This document shows, piece by piece, positions 1-9,677 of a stretch of 64,000 nucleotides of DNA (position 1 is its first letter; every line of letters starts with the position of its first letter). Source of the stretch: Alphaproteobacteria bacterium (GTDB lineage: Bacteria; Pseudomonadota; Alphaproteobacteria; Rs-D84); the NCBI GenBank assembly GCA_017443235.1, contig JAFSOV010000004.1, forward strand, positions 974 to 64,973. The letters run 5' to 3'. A program made the position numbers and the translations under genes. The notes under the pieces are model-generated. The model was not told the DNA's origin. It saw only the letters and a list, made by a program, of their open reading frames with translations, and did no database searches.

Positions 1-183
1 ACGATAAGAATCAATTCCGGCATACTGATTATCCGCCTGCATAAAACCACTGGTCCGTTCGTTATAGTACGGGGCGTCGTCACCACCGTTTGCAAAATCT
101 TCGGTGTTATACGGCCGGTCTTCGCCCGCACATCCCGCCAAAGCCAAGGTCAAACAAAAGATTGGTAAAAATAATTTCTTCAT
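1..183 (-). CDS. lipoprotein, N-terminal part only (gene runs off the window start)
   Basis: ATG at 183-181. The N-terminus MKKLFLPIFCLTLALAGCAGED has a signal peptide and lipobox LAGC. The frame is open to position 1. Confidence 0.5.
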   Translation of the reverse strand, partial: MKKLFLPIFCLTLALAGCAGEDRPYNTEDFANGGDDAPYYNERTSGFMQADNQYAGIDSYR

Positions 184-264
184 TTTCTTTCTCTCTTTTT
201 TTTTGATTCTAACAAATAAACAATTTTGATTCAAGCACCGATTTATGATAAAATGATTTTATAA

Positions 265-1224
265 ATGACGAATGTTGTATTGGAATCTTTATTAAAACCT
301 CTGGCGGATTTTTACCGGCCGTCTTTTGTGGAAGAAATCGCAATAAACCATGAATGCGAGGTTTGGATGCGACTGCACGGTGCGCGCGTGCCGTGGGTTG
401 CGTATGATGCGCCGACACTTACCAAACAATACCTGGTCGATTTGATTCATACCGTTGCAAATATATATGAACGGCCGTTTGACCCAATTCACGGTATGCC
501 GGTTGTTTATGCGACCTTGCCGGGCAACCATCGGTTCAGTGCGATTGCCGGTCCAAATGTTCAATATGACGAACGCGATATAACCGGCGGGGTGGCGTTG
601 AATATCCGCGGTGGCGGGGTGGCCGATACATCGTTTGAAAATTATCACCTAAAACGCGGTGAAAAATTGATGAAGGTTAAACCGCGCGAAACAAATCGGC
701 CCGATGATCCATATGACCGGTTGATGAGTGCGATAAATGATGGCAGTCCTATTTTAATAAGTGGCGCAACCGCAACCGGAAAAACAACTTTCTTGAATCA
801 TATGTTGACATTGATTGACCAAAACAGTCGCGTAATTACCGTTGAAGACGCCCGCGAAGTGCGCGTGCCGCAAAAGAATCGGGTTCACTTTGTATTGTCG
901 CGCACCGAACAAACGAACGAATTTAACTATGCGCGGTTATTAGATTTGGTTGTGCGTATGACGCCGGATGTAATAATTGGTGGCGAAATATCAACCGATA
1001 ATGCGGCGGTTATGTGGGAAATGCTGGGGACGGGGCACGAACATTTCTATACAACAATTCACGCAGAAAGCGCCGATGCCGCCTATGCCGCATTTGCAGA
1101 CCGCATTTTACACACTCAACCGGCGTATGACCGTACGGATTTAATCGCGGAAATGAAACAAAAGATTCGTGTTGTTCAATTATCGCGCGACGGTTCACTG
1201 CGCGCCGTGACCGAAGTTGTATAA
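265..1224 (+). CDS. VirB11/TrbB-family secretion NTPase (type II/IV secretion ATPase fold)
   Basis: 319 aa. Walker A GATATGKTT, Asp box ITVEDAREV, Walker B DVIIGGEI, His box GHEHFYTTIHA. Confidence 0.75.
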   Translation: MTNVVLESLLKPLADFYRPSFVEEIAINHECEVWMRLHGARVPWVAYDAPTLTKQYLVDLIHTVANIYERPFDPIHGMPVVYATLPGNHRFSAIAGPNVQYDERDITGGVALNIRGGGVADTSFENYHLKRGEKLMKVKPRETNRPDDPYDRLMSAINDGSPILISGATATGKTTFLNHMLTLIDQNSRVITVEDAREVRVPQKNRVHFVLSRTEQTNEFNYARLLDLVVRMTPDVIIGGEISTDNAAVMWEMLGTGHEHFYTTIHAESADAAYAAFADRILHTQPAYDRTDLIAEMKQKIRVVQLSRDGSLRAVTEVV

Positions 1225-1253
1225 AAGATTTAACATAAACAAAGGAAAATAAA

Positions 1254-1649
1254 ATGTCTGATTATCTGCAAGAAGTAAAAGAAGAAATCATTGATAAAAT
1301 GTTTCGCCAAGGCATTGTGGACCAAGGTGGCGAAATTCTTGATGAACAAAGATACACCGATTGGTTGACCAACGCAGAAAGCAATATAAAATCGCAAATT
1401 GCACACCACGCAGAACCGGGCGGATATGACCTGAATTTGCTGTATAAAGATTTAGAGGTTATTCAAGAAATGCTGCGTTCTTTGAACGATTCTAAACCAT
1501 CTGGGCGTGAACAAGAAATAATGGAACGTTTTTCGGCAAAACAAGAAAAACGCGAAACAAAAATTCAAAATCTAAAAAATGGTGCAAAACGGGTAATAAG
1601 ATTATTCTCTTTTCAAAGAAACCCACGGACACCGGAACATACCAAATAA
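1254..1649 (+). CDS. hypothetical protein
   Basis: 131-aa ORF with AAGGAAAA upstream of the ATG, followed by a terminator. No recognisable motif. Confidence 0.5.
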   Translation: MSDYLQEVKEEIIDKMFRQGIVDQGGEILDEQRYTDWLTNAESNIKSQIAHHAEPGGYDLNLLYKDLEVIQEMLRSLNDSKPSGREQEIMERFSAKQEKRETKIQNLKNGAKRVIRLFSFQRNPRTPEHTK

Positions 1650-1654
1650 TTTCA

Positions 1655-1677
1655 AACCGCGCATTGCGCGGTTTTTT
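1655..1677. terminator. bidirectional intrinsic terminator
   Basis: Hairpin AACCGCGCA-TT-GCGCGGTT flanked by an A-run and a T-run, between convergent genes. Confidence 0.6.
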
Positions 1678-1678
1678 C

Positions 1679-3880
1679 TTACATAAAATTCACCGGATTC
1701 ACATCTATTTTTATGCGAACATTTGCCGGCACGCGGACGCGCGACATCCACGTTTGCACCAACGGTTGCAAATGCGCGCGCGCATCACCCGCAACCAAAA
1801 AACGCATACGATACCAATTACGTGCAACATATACCGCGGCCATCACCGGCCCCATTATTCGCGCACCATTTACATTTGGTACGGCGTGCGCCAAATCATC
1901 ACAGAATTTCTTTAACACAGATTCTTTTTGACATTCAACGATTATCGCAATCAATTGCCCAAATGGTGGCATCTTGGCCGCGCGTCGCGCATCCATATCC
2001 GCACGCAAAAATTCATCACGATTTCCCGCACAAATTGCATTCAATACCGGATGATTTGGTTGATATGTTTGTAATAAAACACGTCCCGGAATCGCCCCGC
2101 GCCCCGCGCGACCGGCAACCTGGAACAACTGTTGAAACGTATGTTCAGCGATGCGGAAATCGGTTCCAAACAAACCCATATCCGCATCAACAACACCAAC
2201 CAGAGTCAGGTTTGGGAAATGGTGACCTTTGGCCAAAATTTGCGTTCCAATTATTATATCCAATTCGCCCGATTCCATTTTGGCGACCAATCTTTCCAAC
2301 GCACCACGCGACATCATCGTGTCACTGGACACCAATGCGGTACGGACGCCCGGGAAACGCGATTTAACCTCTTCTTCTATCTTTTCCAATCCTGCGCCCC
2401 GCATAGATATTTCCCCGCCACATTCGGGACACACATTTGGCATTCCCATTGTGCGACCGCACATATGGCATAATAATTTTCCCAATCGTTTATGATATGT
2501 CATACCGACCGAACAATCACCACACGTTGCAACCCACCCGCATTTTTTGCATTGTACAATTGGTGCGAATCCACGACGATTTATAAACAGCATAACCTGT
2601 TGATGATTATCCAACGTATTTTGTATTTCTTGGCACAGTACCGGCGACAAAGAACCGGTGCGTGTATCTTCGCCTTCGGCATCCACACGGTATTCATCAG
2701 GCCGATGTTCACGCATATCAATGGTTTCAATTTGTGGTAATTCTGCCCCACCATATCGCAATTGCAAAACCAGATGCCCAAAACGGCCAATTTCAATATT
2801 GTGCATTGTTTCTTCACTTGGCGTGGCACTTGCCAAAACAACGGGAAAGTTCGCCAATTTTGCACGCAGAATCGCCATATCGCGCCCATGATAGTTGCCC
2901 ATATCTTCTTGCTTGTACGAAGAATCGTGTTCTTCGTCAACGACAATCAAACCCAAATCTTGCCACGGCAAGAATAACGCGCTGCGCGTGCCAACAACTA
3001 TTTTTATTTTGCCTTGGACAACACCGCGCCATATATCACGCCGCCGGGCCGCGGTTAAATTACTGTGCCATACAACGGGCGGCGCGCCAAATCGTGATTC
3101 GAAACGTTTTATAAATTGTGTGGTCAACGCGATTTCAGGCATCATCAATAATACCGAACGTCCCGCACTGTACGCGCGCCATACCGAATCAAAATATACC
3201 TGGGTTTTACCACTGCCGGTGATTCCGTCAATCAGGTTCACCGAAAAACCACCCTGCTCTATACACCGACCTATCTTGTCTGCGGCGGCGCGCTGTTCCG
3301 CGTTTAATTCTATATTACCCATATCACGATATTGATATGCAAAATTTTGTTCAACGCTGCGCGATAAAGTTGGCAATAACATCCCCCGCGCAATCATTGT
3401 TTTTACCACAGACGGCGTGACGCGCGCGATTGATTGAATATCATTTATGGACATCGGTTCATTATCATTCAATTCAAACGCATCCATAACCATTTGCCGG
3501 CTTTCGGTCATTTTGGATTTTGACGTGTCAAAGTTATACGAATATAACTGTTCAACCTTGGGCGGAGAAAATGCATCGGGAACATTGATAATCAATCGCA
3601 GTACCGCACCCGGCGCCATCAACGTCCATTCAGACATTTTTTGAATCCACTGTAAATCGGCAACCGACAATTTCCACGGAAATACTTGTGATACATTTTT
3701 TATCTTTTCCGGGACAATGGTGCCATCACCAATACCGTATATTACACCGATATACGGCCGGTTCATCAATGTCACACGAACAAATGCGCCCAATTCCGCA
3801 TCCGCATTCAATCGATAATCGTAACCACGGTTCACAACATTCGGCAATAAAACTTTTACAATCGTCCCATTTCTAAACAT
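1679..3880 (-). CDS. priA: primosomal protein N' (replication restart helicase)
   Basis: 733 aa. Walker A GITGSGKTQVY, VVDEEHD box, paired CxxC zinc motifs (CKKCGW..CGDC, CHMCG..CPEC). Confidence 0.9.
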   Translation of the reverse strand: MFRNGTIVKVLLPNVVNRGYDYRLNADAELGAFVRVTLMNRPYIGVIYGIGDGTIVPEKIKNVSQVFPWKLSVADLQWIQKMSEWTLMAPGAVLRLIINVPDAFSPPKVEQLYSYNFDTSKSKMTESRQMVMDAFELNDNEPMSINDIQSIARVTPSVVKTMIARGMLLPTLSRSVEQNFAYQYRDMGNIELNAEQRAAADKIGRCIEQGGFSVNLIDGITGSGKTQVYFDSVWRAYSAGRSVLLMMPEIALTTQFIKRFESRFGAPPVVWHSNLTAARRRDIWRGVVQGKIKIVVGTRSALFLPWQDLGLIVVDEEHDSSYKQEDMGNYHGRDMAILRAKLANFPVVLASATPSEETMHNIEIGRFGHLVLQLRYGGAELPQIETIDMREHRPDEYRVDAEGEDTRTGSLSPVLCQEIQNTLDNHQQVMLFINRRGFAPIVQCKKCGWVATCGDCSVGMTYHKRLGKLLCHMCGRTMGMPNVCPECGGEISMRGAGLEKIEEEVKSRFPGVRTALVSSDTMMSRGALERLVAKMESGELDIIIGTQILAKGHHFPNLTLVGVVDADMGLFGTDFRIAEHTFQQLFQVAGRAGRGAIPGRVLLQTYQPNHPVLNAICAGNRDEFLRADMDARRAAKMPPFGQLIAIIVECQKESVLKKFCDDLAHAVPNVNGARIMGPVMAAVYVARNWYRMRFLVAGDARAHLQPLVQTWMSRVRVPANVRIKIDVNPVNFM

Positions 3881-3935
3881 ATCAATAAAATACTTGTTTT
3901 TTTTATTGGTTTCAATAGTATTTATTATGTAAAAA

Positions 3936-4694
3936 ATGGAAATAAATATGTGGCGAATATTTTTTGATAGTCTTTATGTATTGTCTTGTCTTATTCCAAT
4001 TCGTGGGTGGCGGGAATGGTTTCGTCGTGAAAAATTATTTGATTACCACGCAAAACTGAATGCGTTACGGCGCGCATTTCCACGCCAAGATTGGCGGCAT
4101 TTCCGTTTGGCCAAAGGCGGCGGCAGTTTGGCATTTATAACCCCAAATGGTCACGTTTATAAAATAAGAAAATTCCACCTTAAAGATGATTCGGATACAA
4201 AATTTACCCGTGAAAAACGAATAACGGACGCAATTGCCCCGATATTGGATATTCGCGTCCCACAAATCAAAATTCACCATATCGGCATCTATACGGTATA
4301 TGAAACCAAATTTATCCCCGGCCGGATTTTGTTAAATTTGCCACTTAAACAAATAAAACTGCACCGCGAATCAATTGGCAAACAACTGGGCGGAATAATT
4401 TACAGCCTGTTCAATGCGGAATTACCGGAATTGAACGATATGCGCCCCAAGGCCGCAAAAACCAAAGACATCGGTATGGTTCATGGCGATATGTGCAGCA
4501 ATATTTTAATAGACCCCAAAACAATGAAAATTACTGGGATAATTGATTGGGAATATGCCGGTTTCGGGTCATTAAAACGGGAATTTTTCGGGCTTTTTCG
4601 CGTGCGCCGCAAAATGCGCCTGACCGACATTGCACCCGAAGCCATTTGGGAATATTACAGATTGCGCGACTCTGTACTTGACAAAACAAAATAA
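3936..4694 (+). CDS. phosphotransferase, aminoglycoside/choline-kinase-like (APH) family
   Basis: Catalytic loop HGDMCSNILID and IIDWEYAGFG are typical of the APH/ChoK kinase fold. Confidence 0.6.
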   Translation: MEINMWRIFFDSLYVLSCLIPIRGWREWFRREKLFDYHAKLNALRRAFPRQDWRHFRLAKGGGSLAFITPNGHVYKIRKFHLKDDSDTKFTREKRITDAIAPILDIRVPQIKIHHIGIYTVYETKFIPGRILLNLPLKQIKLHRESIGKQLGGIIYSLFNAELPELNDMRPKAAKTKDIGMVHGDMCSNILIDPKTMKITGIIDWEYAGFGSLKREFFGLFRVRRKMRLTDIAPEAIWEYYRLRDSVLDKTK

Positions 4695-5323
4695 TGTCTT
4701 ATAATCTTTTTGTCAAAAACCAACCAAAGGAAAGTGTTATGGCAAAAAGATTATTACAGGTTAAACGCGATTACATTACCCATATTGCTGAATTTATGTA
4801 CACGCATCATATTTCTTTCAAAACATTGGAACAAACAAAACAAACATGGCGCACAGAACGCGCATACGATGCATCAATCGAACAAGAATTAATTGATACG
4901 TCCAAATTGTTTTTATCGTTGTTGGATAAAGGATTGGATTTGAATTTCCGTCGCCGTTTGGTGAACTTTATGGCAAACTATCTTGCGGTATACGTATCAA
5001 AATCAACAGAGTATGCCAATATCCAAGACGCAAAAGCACGCCAAAACCATGCATATACCAAACTAAACAATGAATTTCTAATCTGGTTAAATACGCTTCA
5101 GGCGAACAAGGCTTTGCGCAAAACCAATAAAAAACCAAGAAAACCGGTTCAAACGCAGCAAGAACCAAAATATGAAAAACATTTGTCTAAACAAGGTGAC
5201 AAAGTCATCCAAGAAATAACGTTTAGAAATGAAACAATAAAATTCACATATGAAAATATGAAAGAATTCCGCCGGAATTATCGTGCAGACATTGCACGCG
5301 TAATTGGCGCACACACTAAATAA
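4694..5323 (+). CDS. hypothetical protein (start may be the ATG near 4739)
   Basis: 209-aa ORF, lysine-rich, no recognisable motif. Confidence 0.45.
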   Translation: MSYNLFVKNQPKESVMAKRLLQVKRDYITHIAEFMYTHHISFKTLEQTKQTWRTERAYDASIEQELIDTSKLFLSLLDKGLDLNFRRRLVNFMANYLAVYVSKSTEYANIQDAKARQNHAYTKLNNEFLIWLNTLQANKALRKTNKKPRKPVQTQQEPKYEKHLSKQGDKVIQEITFRNETIKFTYENMKEFRRNYRADIARVIGAHTK

Positions 5324-6200
5324 TCAAATCTAAATCGTCCCGATTTGGAATATGATTTATTGTTAAATCGGCAAAGAATTGGGTTTTGAACCACGTTCTT
5401 TGCCGTTTTGCATATTGATTTGTTTTTATAATCCAATTTTCAATTGCCGCATCACGCGATATTTCGCCACGCAAATATGCGCACAACTGTTCGGCGCCGA
5501 TGGCACGCCGCGGGTCAAAATTATTTTTTAATATATACTCGGCCTCGGCAACCGCGCCGCCTGATATCATTTGTGGAATGCGCGATGCGATGCGTGTGCG
5601 CAATTCATCAATTGGCGGATTTATAAGTATCCTGAACGGTGTCGGTGTAATTGCGCCTACACGTGGCATTTTTTGCCAGGCGGACAAATGTTGACCTGTT
5701 TCGTAAAAAACCTCAATCGCACGCGCAATACGTTGTGGGTCGGTTGCAATGCAACCCGGCACCATCGCACGCGCCGCACTTATATCACACGCAACCAATT
5801 CACGCGCACGACGACGATTATCGGTCGATATTTCCGGAATTTCCGCAATACCATTTACCAAACCGTTTATATAATATCCCGTCCCCCCGACAAAAATCGG
5901 GACAAAGCCGTGCGCGATTACATCATCATATTGTTCACGCGCCATTTTAATATAATCTGCAACACTGATTTGTTTATCCAAATTAAAAACAGAAAAAAGT
6001 CTGTATGGCACACCGTCTATTTCATCGGTAATGGCGCGGCCGGCAAAGGGACTGGCCGATATGTTTTCGATGCCGCGATATATTTGCACGCTGTCGCAAT
6101 TTATAATTGCACCATTCACCCGACGCGCCAAATCGTGGGCAAAGTTTGATTTGCCCGATGCGGTTGGTCCCGTGATAATATATGCGTTTTTTGTATTCAT
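5316..6200 (-). CDS. miaA: tRNA dimethylallyltransferase
   Basis: P-loop GPTASGKS near the N-terminus when started at the internal ATG at 6200 (AAGG upstream). Family-typical length. Confidence 0.9.
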   Translation of the reverse strand: MNTKNAYIITGPTASGKSNFAHDLARRVNGAIINCDSVQIYRGIENISASPFAGRAITDEIDGVPYRLFSVFNLDKQISVADYIKMAREQYDDVIAHGFVPIFVGGTGYYINGLVNGIAEIPEISTDNRRRARELVACDISAARAMVPGCIATDPQRIARAIEVFYETGQHLSAWQKMPRVGAITPTPFRILINPPIDELRTRIASRIPQMISGGAVAEAEYILKNNFDPRRAIGAEQLCAYLRGEISRDAAIENWIIKTNQYAKRQRTWFKTQFFADLTINHIPNRDDLDLII

Positions 6201-6324
6201 ACCTTGAATTATAAACGGCAAAAAATGCAAATTCAAGTCCGCCAAGTATGCAAAAATTCAGGTTGGATTTTTATACAAATGGTGCTATTATATCCCAGGC
6301 AAAAAAAACAAAAGGAAGGTATAT

Positions 6325-7323
6325 ATGTCAAAAGTAAAAGTTGCAATAAATGGATTCGGCCGTATTGGACGCCTGGTGCTGCGCGCGGCATTGGAATCGG
6401 GGCGCAGTGATATTGAATTTGTCGCCGTCAATGATTTGGCACCCGCGGAACAGAACGCATATTTGTTACAGTATGATTCTGTGCACGGCAATTTGCCGAT
6501 GGATGTAAAATTGGTCGGCGACACAATTATTGTTGGAAAACATAAAATAAAATGCATTTCTGAAAAAGACCCAACAAAACTGCCTTGGAAAAAGATGGGG
6601 ATTGATGTGGTTATGGAATGCACAGGGATTTTCACCGCGGCGGACCGGGCGCGCGTTCATATCGATGCGGGTGCAAAGCGTGTTTTGGTTTCTGCACCTT
6701 CGGCGGGTGCCGATAAAACAATCGTGTATGGGGTAAATGAAAAAACATTGACAAAAAAAGACATCATTGTATCAAACGCGTCTTGCACAACGAATTGCCT
6801 GGCGCCGGTTGTTGCGGTGCTGGATAAAAAATTTGGCATCACATCGGGTTGGATGACAACCGTTCACGCATACACCGGCGACCAACAATTGTTGGATAAA
6901 AATCACAAAGATTTTCGACGCGCACGTGCGGCGAACCTGTCTATGATTCCAACCAGTACCGGCGCCGCCAAGGCCATCGGGTTGGTACTGCCGAAATTGG
7001 CGGGCAAATTGGACGGCATTGCGATTCGCGTCCCAACGCCGGACGTGTCGGTTGTTGAATTGGTTGTCAATTTGGCAAAGCCCGCAACGGTAGATTCGGT
7101 TAACGCCGCAATGCGCGCAAATGTATCAAACATACTGGGGTATAACGAAATGCCGTTGGTGTCGGTTGACTTTACGCACGATGCGCACAGTTCGATATTT
7201 GATGCGGGCCAGACGCACGTTTTGGATAAAAACCTGGTTCACGTGACCGCGTGGTATGACAACGAATGGGGATTTTCAAATCGTATGAGTGACACCGCCG
7301 TTGCAATGGGTAAATTGATTTAA
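6325..7323 (+). CDS. gap: glyceraldehyde-3-phosphate dehydrogenase
   Basis: NGFGRIGR Rossmann start, active-site SNASCTTNCLAP, WYDNEWG. Confidence 0.95.
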   Translation: MSKVKVAINGFGRIGRLVLRAALESGRSDIEFVAVNDLAPAEQNAYLLQYDSVHGNLPMDVKLVGDTIIVGKHKIKCISEKDPTKLPWKKMGIDVVMECTGIFTAADRARVHIDAGAKRVLVSAPSAGADKTIVYGVNEKTLTKKDIIVSNASCTTNCLAPVVAVLDKKFGITSGWMTTVHAYTGDQQLLDKNHKDFRRARAANLSMIPTSTGAAKAIGLVLPKLAGKLDGIAIRVPTPDVSVVELVVNLAKPATVDSVNAAMRANVSNILGYNEMPLVSVDFTHDAHSSIFDAGQTHVLDKNLVHVTAWYDNEWGFSNRMSDTAVAMGKLI

Positions 7324-7343
7324 TTTACAATCACAACAAAACA

Positions 7344-7371
7344 CCACGAATATTTTTTCGTGGTTTTTTTG
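7344..7371 (+). terminator. intrinsic terminator after gap
   Basis: CCACGAA-loop-TTCGTGG followed by T7. Confidence 0.6.
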
Positions 7372-7455
7372 TTGCCGTAATATATTTTTATGATATAAAT
7401 AAATTGAGGGGTCATAAGAATACAAGCCATAACGATACACCAAAAGGATTTTAAT

Positions 7456-8289
7456 ATGACAAAAAAGAAGACTATAAATTTCTCTAAATATCCCGGTTTG
7501 AATAATATTGCTTTGTATGCCTCGATTATTGCCGTCTTGGGATTGGGCACATTGGTAACCGCGCATTACATGGGGCGAAAAAAGGCACGAAGAGAGGTCG
7601 CACGCTTGACCAATGAAATTCGTAAAAATCAAGAATCACAGAAAACATATATATCAACCGCACCGGAATTTATCGAAAACAAAAAACTTAAAAAAACGGT
7701 TGATTCTCTGGACAGGCGTAATCTAGAACTGTTCTTGGGCGCCAAAGAAAAATACTTTGCGCGCGTTGATCGCCGATACACTTTGGGCCGCTTCTTTACA
7801 CCCAATCAAATTGCAAAGTTGAACAATATTGTTATGCCGTATGCAAAACAAATCAAAAAAGACGATTCTCAATTGTATATGTTTATCAAAAATAACACAC
7901 CATTAAAATCCCGCACCACAATACCGACCATGGAAGATATTATTCGCAATCTGGATATACCGGCCGAAAAATTTGCACCAATGGATATGGTGATTGATGG
8001 CGGTTATTTATATATGTTCAATGATGCACGTCAACAAAAATTGTTCGAGGCATATTTAACAGAAATTAACGCCGCGTTCATTAACAAAGATGAAAACGAA
8101 CCAAATTTTGCGATTCGCGAAATTGCCCCTATACAGGCCGAGTACATGCATAACAAACGTGAAATTGGGAAATTGAAACGCGAAATGGAAGGCAACGATT
8201 TTCTTATTGGCCAAACACTTGCGCAATTCGGCCGTGTCAACGACAGTCTAAATGCATTGGTTGAAAAAAACAAACAGAAATTAAAGTGA
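7456..8289 (+). CDS. hypothetical membrane-anchored protein
   Basis: 277-aa ORF in an AT-rich stretch with one N-terminal hydrophobic helix (IALYASIIAVLGLGTLV). Confidence 0.5.
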   Translation: MTKKKTINFSKYPGLNNIALYASIIAVLGLGTLVTAHYMGRKKARREVARLTNEIRKNQESQKTYISTAPEFIENKKLKKTVDSLDRRNLELFLGAKEKYFARVDRRYTLGRFFTPNQIAKLNNIVMPYAKQIKKDDSQLYMFIKNNTPLKSRTTIPTMEDIIRNLDIPAEKFAPMDMVIDGGYLYMFNDARQQKLFEAYLTEINAAFINKDENEPNFAIREIAPIQAEYMHNKREIGKLKREMEGNDFLIGQTLAQFGRVNDSLNALVEKNKQKLK

Positions 8290-8331
8290 TACCCCGCGCC
8301 CCACAGCGCACGACAATTAAATTTATAAACC

Positions 8332-8359
8332 AAAAAATCCGCCAATTGGCGGATTTTTA
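8332..8359. terminator. bidirectional terminator
   Basis: Palindrome ATCCGCCAATTGGCGGAT flanked by A6 and T5, between convergent genes. Confidence 0.55.
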
Positions 8360-8416
8360 ACAATGAAAATTCGTGACGAAAAAATGAACAGTTTTTATAA
8401 ATTAAACCGTTTGACT

Positions 8417-9118
8417 TTAACGCATTTTCAATAATTTTATAATTTGTTTTTGGGTGTGCAACATACTGGATTCCATATAATCGGTATATGCGCGGCGGTT
8501 GCCATCAATTCGATTATGCAACGCATCTGTATATGCCGTCGCATCCGTCTTTTTATTGAATATTATTGGCCGGTAACCATTTTGTATCAAAAGCCAATTC
8601 ATTATTAAACGTGCGGTACGTTTATTATAATCGTTATACGGTTGCGTCATTATAATATCAAAGTGAGTATCAAACGCCCGTGTTAAAATGGAATAGTTTT
8701 CATCGTGTAAATGGTATTCTATCTGTTCCATTTTGTAATAAATCTGTTCAATGGACGGCGCGAATTCGCCCAACACCATGGTCCCAGAAATTCTGTACCC
8801 GGGACGCACATCTGTATTTCTGGCCAATATTTTCTGTATTTCGGTCATTTGATACATATCTATATTCGTTTTCTTGTGCTTTAAGATATAATCATATGCG
8901 ACACCAATATTTTTCAAATTGGTCCAATCAACAAAGGCCATTTGTTTGTCCTTTGCAAATCCTTTGGTTTGCGGTTTGGCCAAAATCATAGGTTCAACCG
9001 AAGTAATCTCGTGCCGCAGCATATTGATACTTGCGACATTTTTTCCAGATTGACGCATTAAAGCATCTATCGCCTGGCGATTTACCTCAATCATTTCTTT
9101 ATTCGTCAATTTTTTCAT
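8417..9118 (-). CDS. Fic/DOC-family protein with a degenerate active-site motif
   Basis: The region IIMTQPYNDYNKRTARLIMNWLL aligns to the Fic motif HPFxDGNGRxxR, but reads QPYNDYNKRTAR (His replaced by Gln). Confidence 0.55.
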   Translation of the reverse strand: MKKLTNKEMIEVNRQAIDALMRQSGKNVASINMLRHEITSVEPMILAKPQTKGFAKDKQMAFVDWTNLKNIGVAYDYILKHKKTNIDMYQMTEIQKILARNTDVRPGYRISGTMVLGEFAPSIEQIYYKMEQIEYHLHDENYSILTRAFDTHFDIIMTQPYNDYNKRTARLIMNWLLIQNGYRPIIFNKKTDATAYTDALHNRIDGNRRAYTDYMESSMLHTQKQIIKLLKMR

Positions 9119-9245
9119 ATTTTTGCCTTTGTCACATATAATATAATACAAAAACATATAATTGTCAATATTTTAACACGATTTTCGGCCCATAAACACT
9201 AACCAAAATTAAAAATCCACCATCGGCGGATTTTTAATTTTAATC

Positions 9246-9339
9246 TGGCGGATGGTGAGGGATTTGAACCCCCGAAGGTCTTATTTCATACCTTGTCCGA
9301 TTTCAAGTCGGATGCATTCAACCGCTCTGCCAACCATCC
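9246..9339 (-). tRNA. tRNA-Ser (anticodon UGA), long variable arm, CCA encoded
   Basis: Reverse complement GGATGGTTGGCAGAGCGG...CCGACTTGAAATCGG...GGTTCAAATCCCTCACCATCCGCCA folds as a class II cloverleaf. Confidence 0.9.
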
Positions 9340-9409
9340 TTAACTTTTTTCTTGCCGTATCATACGGCATTTTTTTCTAAAACGCAAATAAAATACACAT
9401 AAAAAACAC

Positions 9410-9660
9410 TTGCCTTGTTGTTGTCTTTTCGTTTAACATCGATATGAGCCAAATGGGAATTTGGTTCGGGGCTGTGGTAGGCCCACGCTAGTTCGGTGCA
9501 ATGCATCGTAATCCATTGGATTCTCATGTTTTTGCACCGTCGTAATGTCCCCGACTGTGGTCGGGGTGCGGGTGGCGTATATCAAAAGGTCATCTGGATC
9601 GTTAACTAGCGTGATTTACCAACACCCCGACCGTCAATTCCCCTTTGACGGTTTCTTTAT
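9410..9660 (+). promoter_or_regulatory. type I structured leader, copy A (promoter, ~200-nt RNA, terminator-like hairpin)
   Basis: TTGCCT-18-TAACAT promoter. Shares TTGGTTCGGGGCTGT..GCCCA..TTCGGTGCA and a compensated long-range helix with 32424-32680. Ends with ACCGTCAA-loop-TTGACGGT plus a T-rich tail. Confidence 0.55.
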
Positions 9661-9677
9661 GAAAACAGGGGAATTTT

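Noticed and set aside
1664-3880. Many plus-strand ORFs (60-214 aa) inside priA, and similar antisense ORFs inside nrdD, parC, glyQS, proS and others
   Set aside because: They are nested in well-supported genes on the other strand, with no RBS and no recognisable motifs.
8337-8354. TGGCGGAT in the terminator hairpins at 8337-8354 and 9215-9231 as att-like copies of the tRNA-Ser 3' end
   Set aside because: Only 8 nt are shared, which is within chance expectation, and they are fully explained as terminator stems.
9465-9485. GGGGCTG... resembles the 5' start of tmRNA
   Set aside because: There is no tRNA-like 3' end, no tag reading frame and no resume codon context. The motif also occurs twice (again at 32479), which is inconsistent with ssrA.
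9440-9660. Possible cobalamin or other known riboswitch, because of GGGAAT..GGT..GGTGCA in copy A
   Set aside because: No B12 box (GCCACTG-like) is present. Copy B lacks the GGGAA block. The downstream genes are not cofactor-related.
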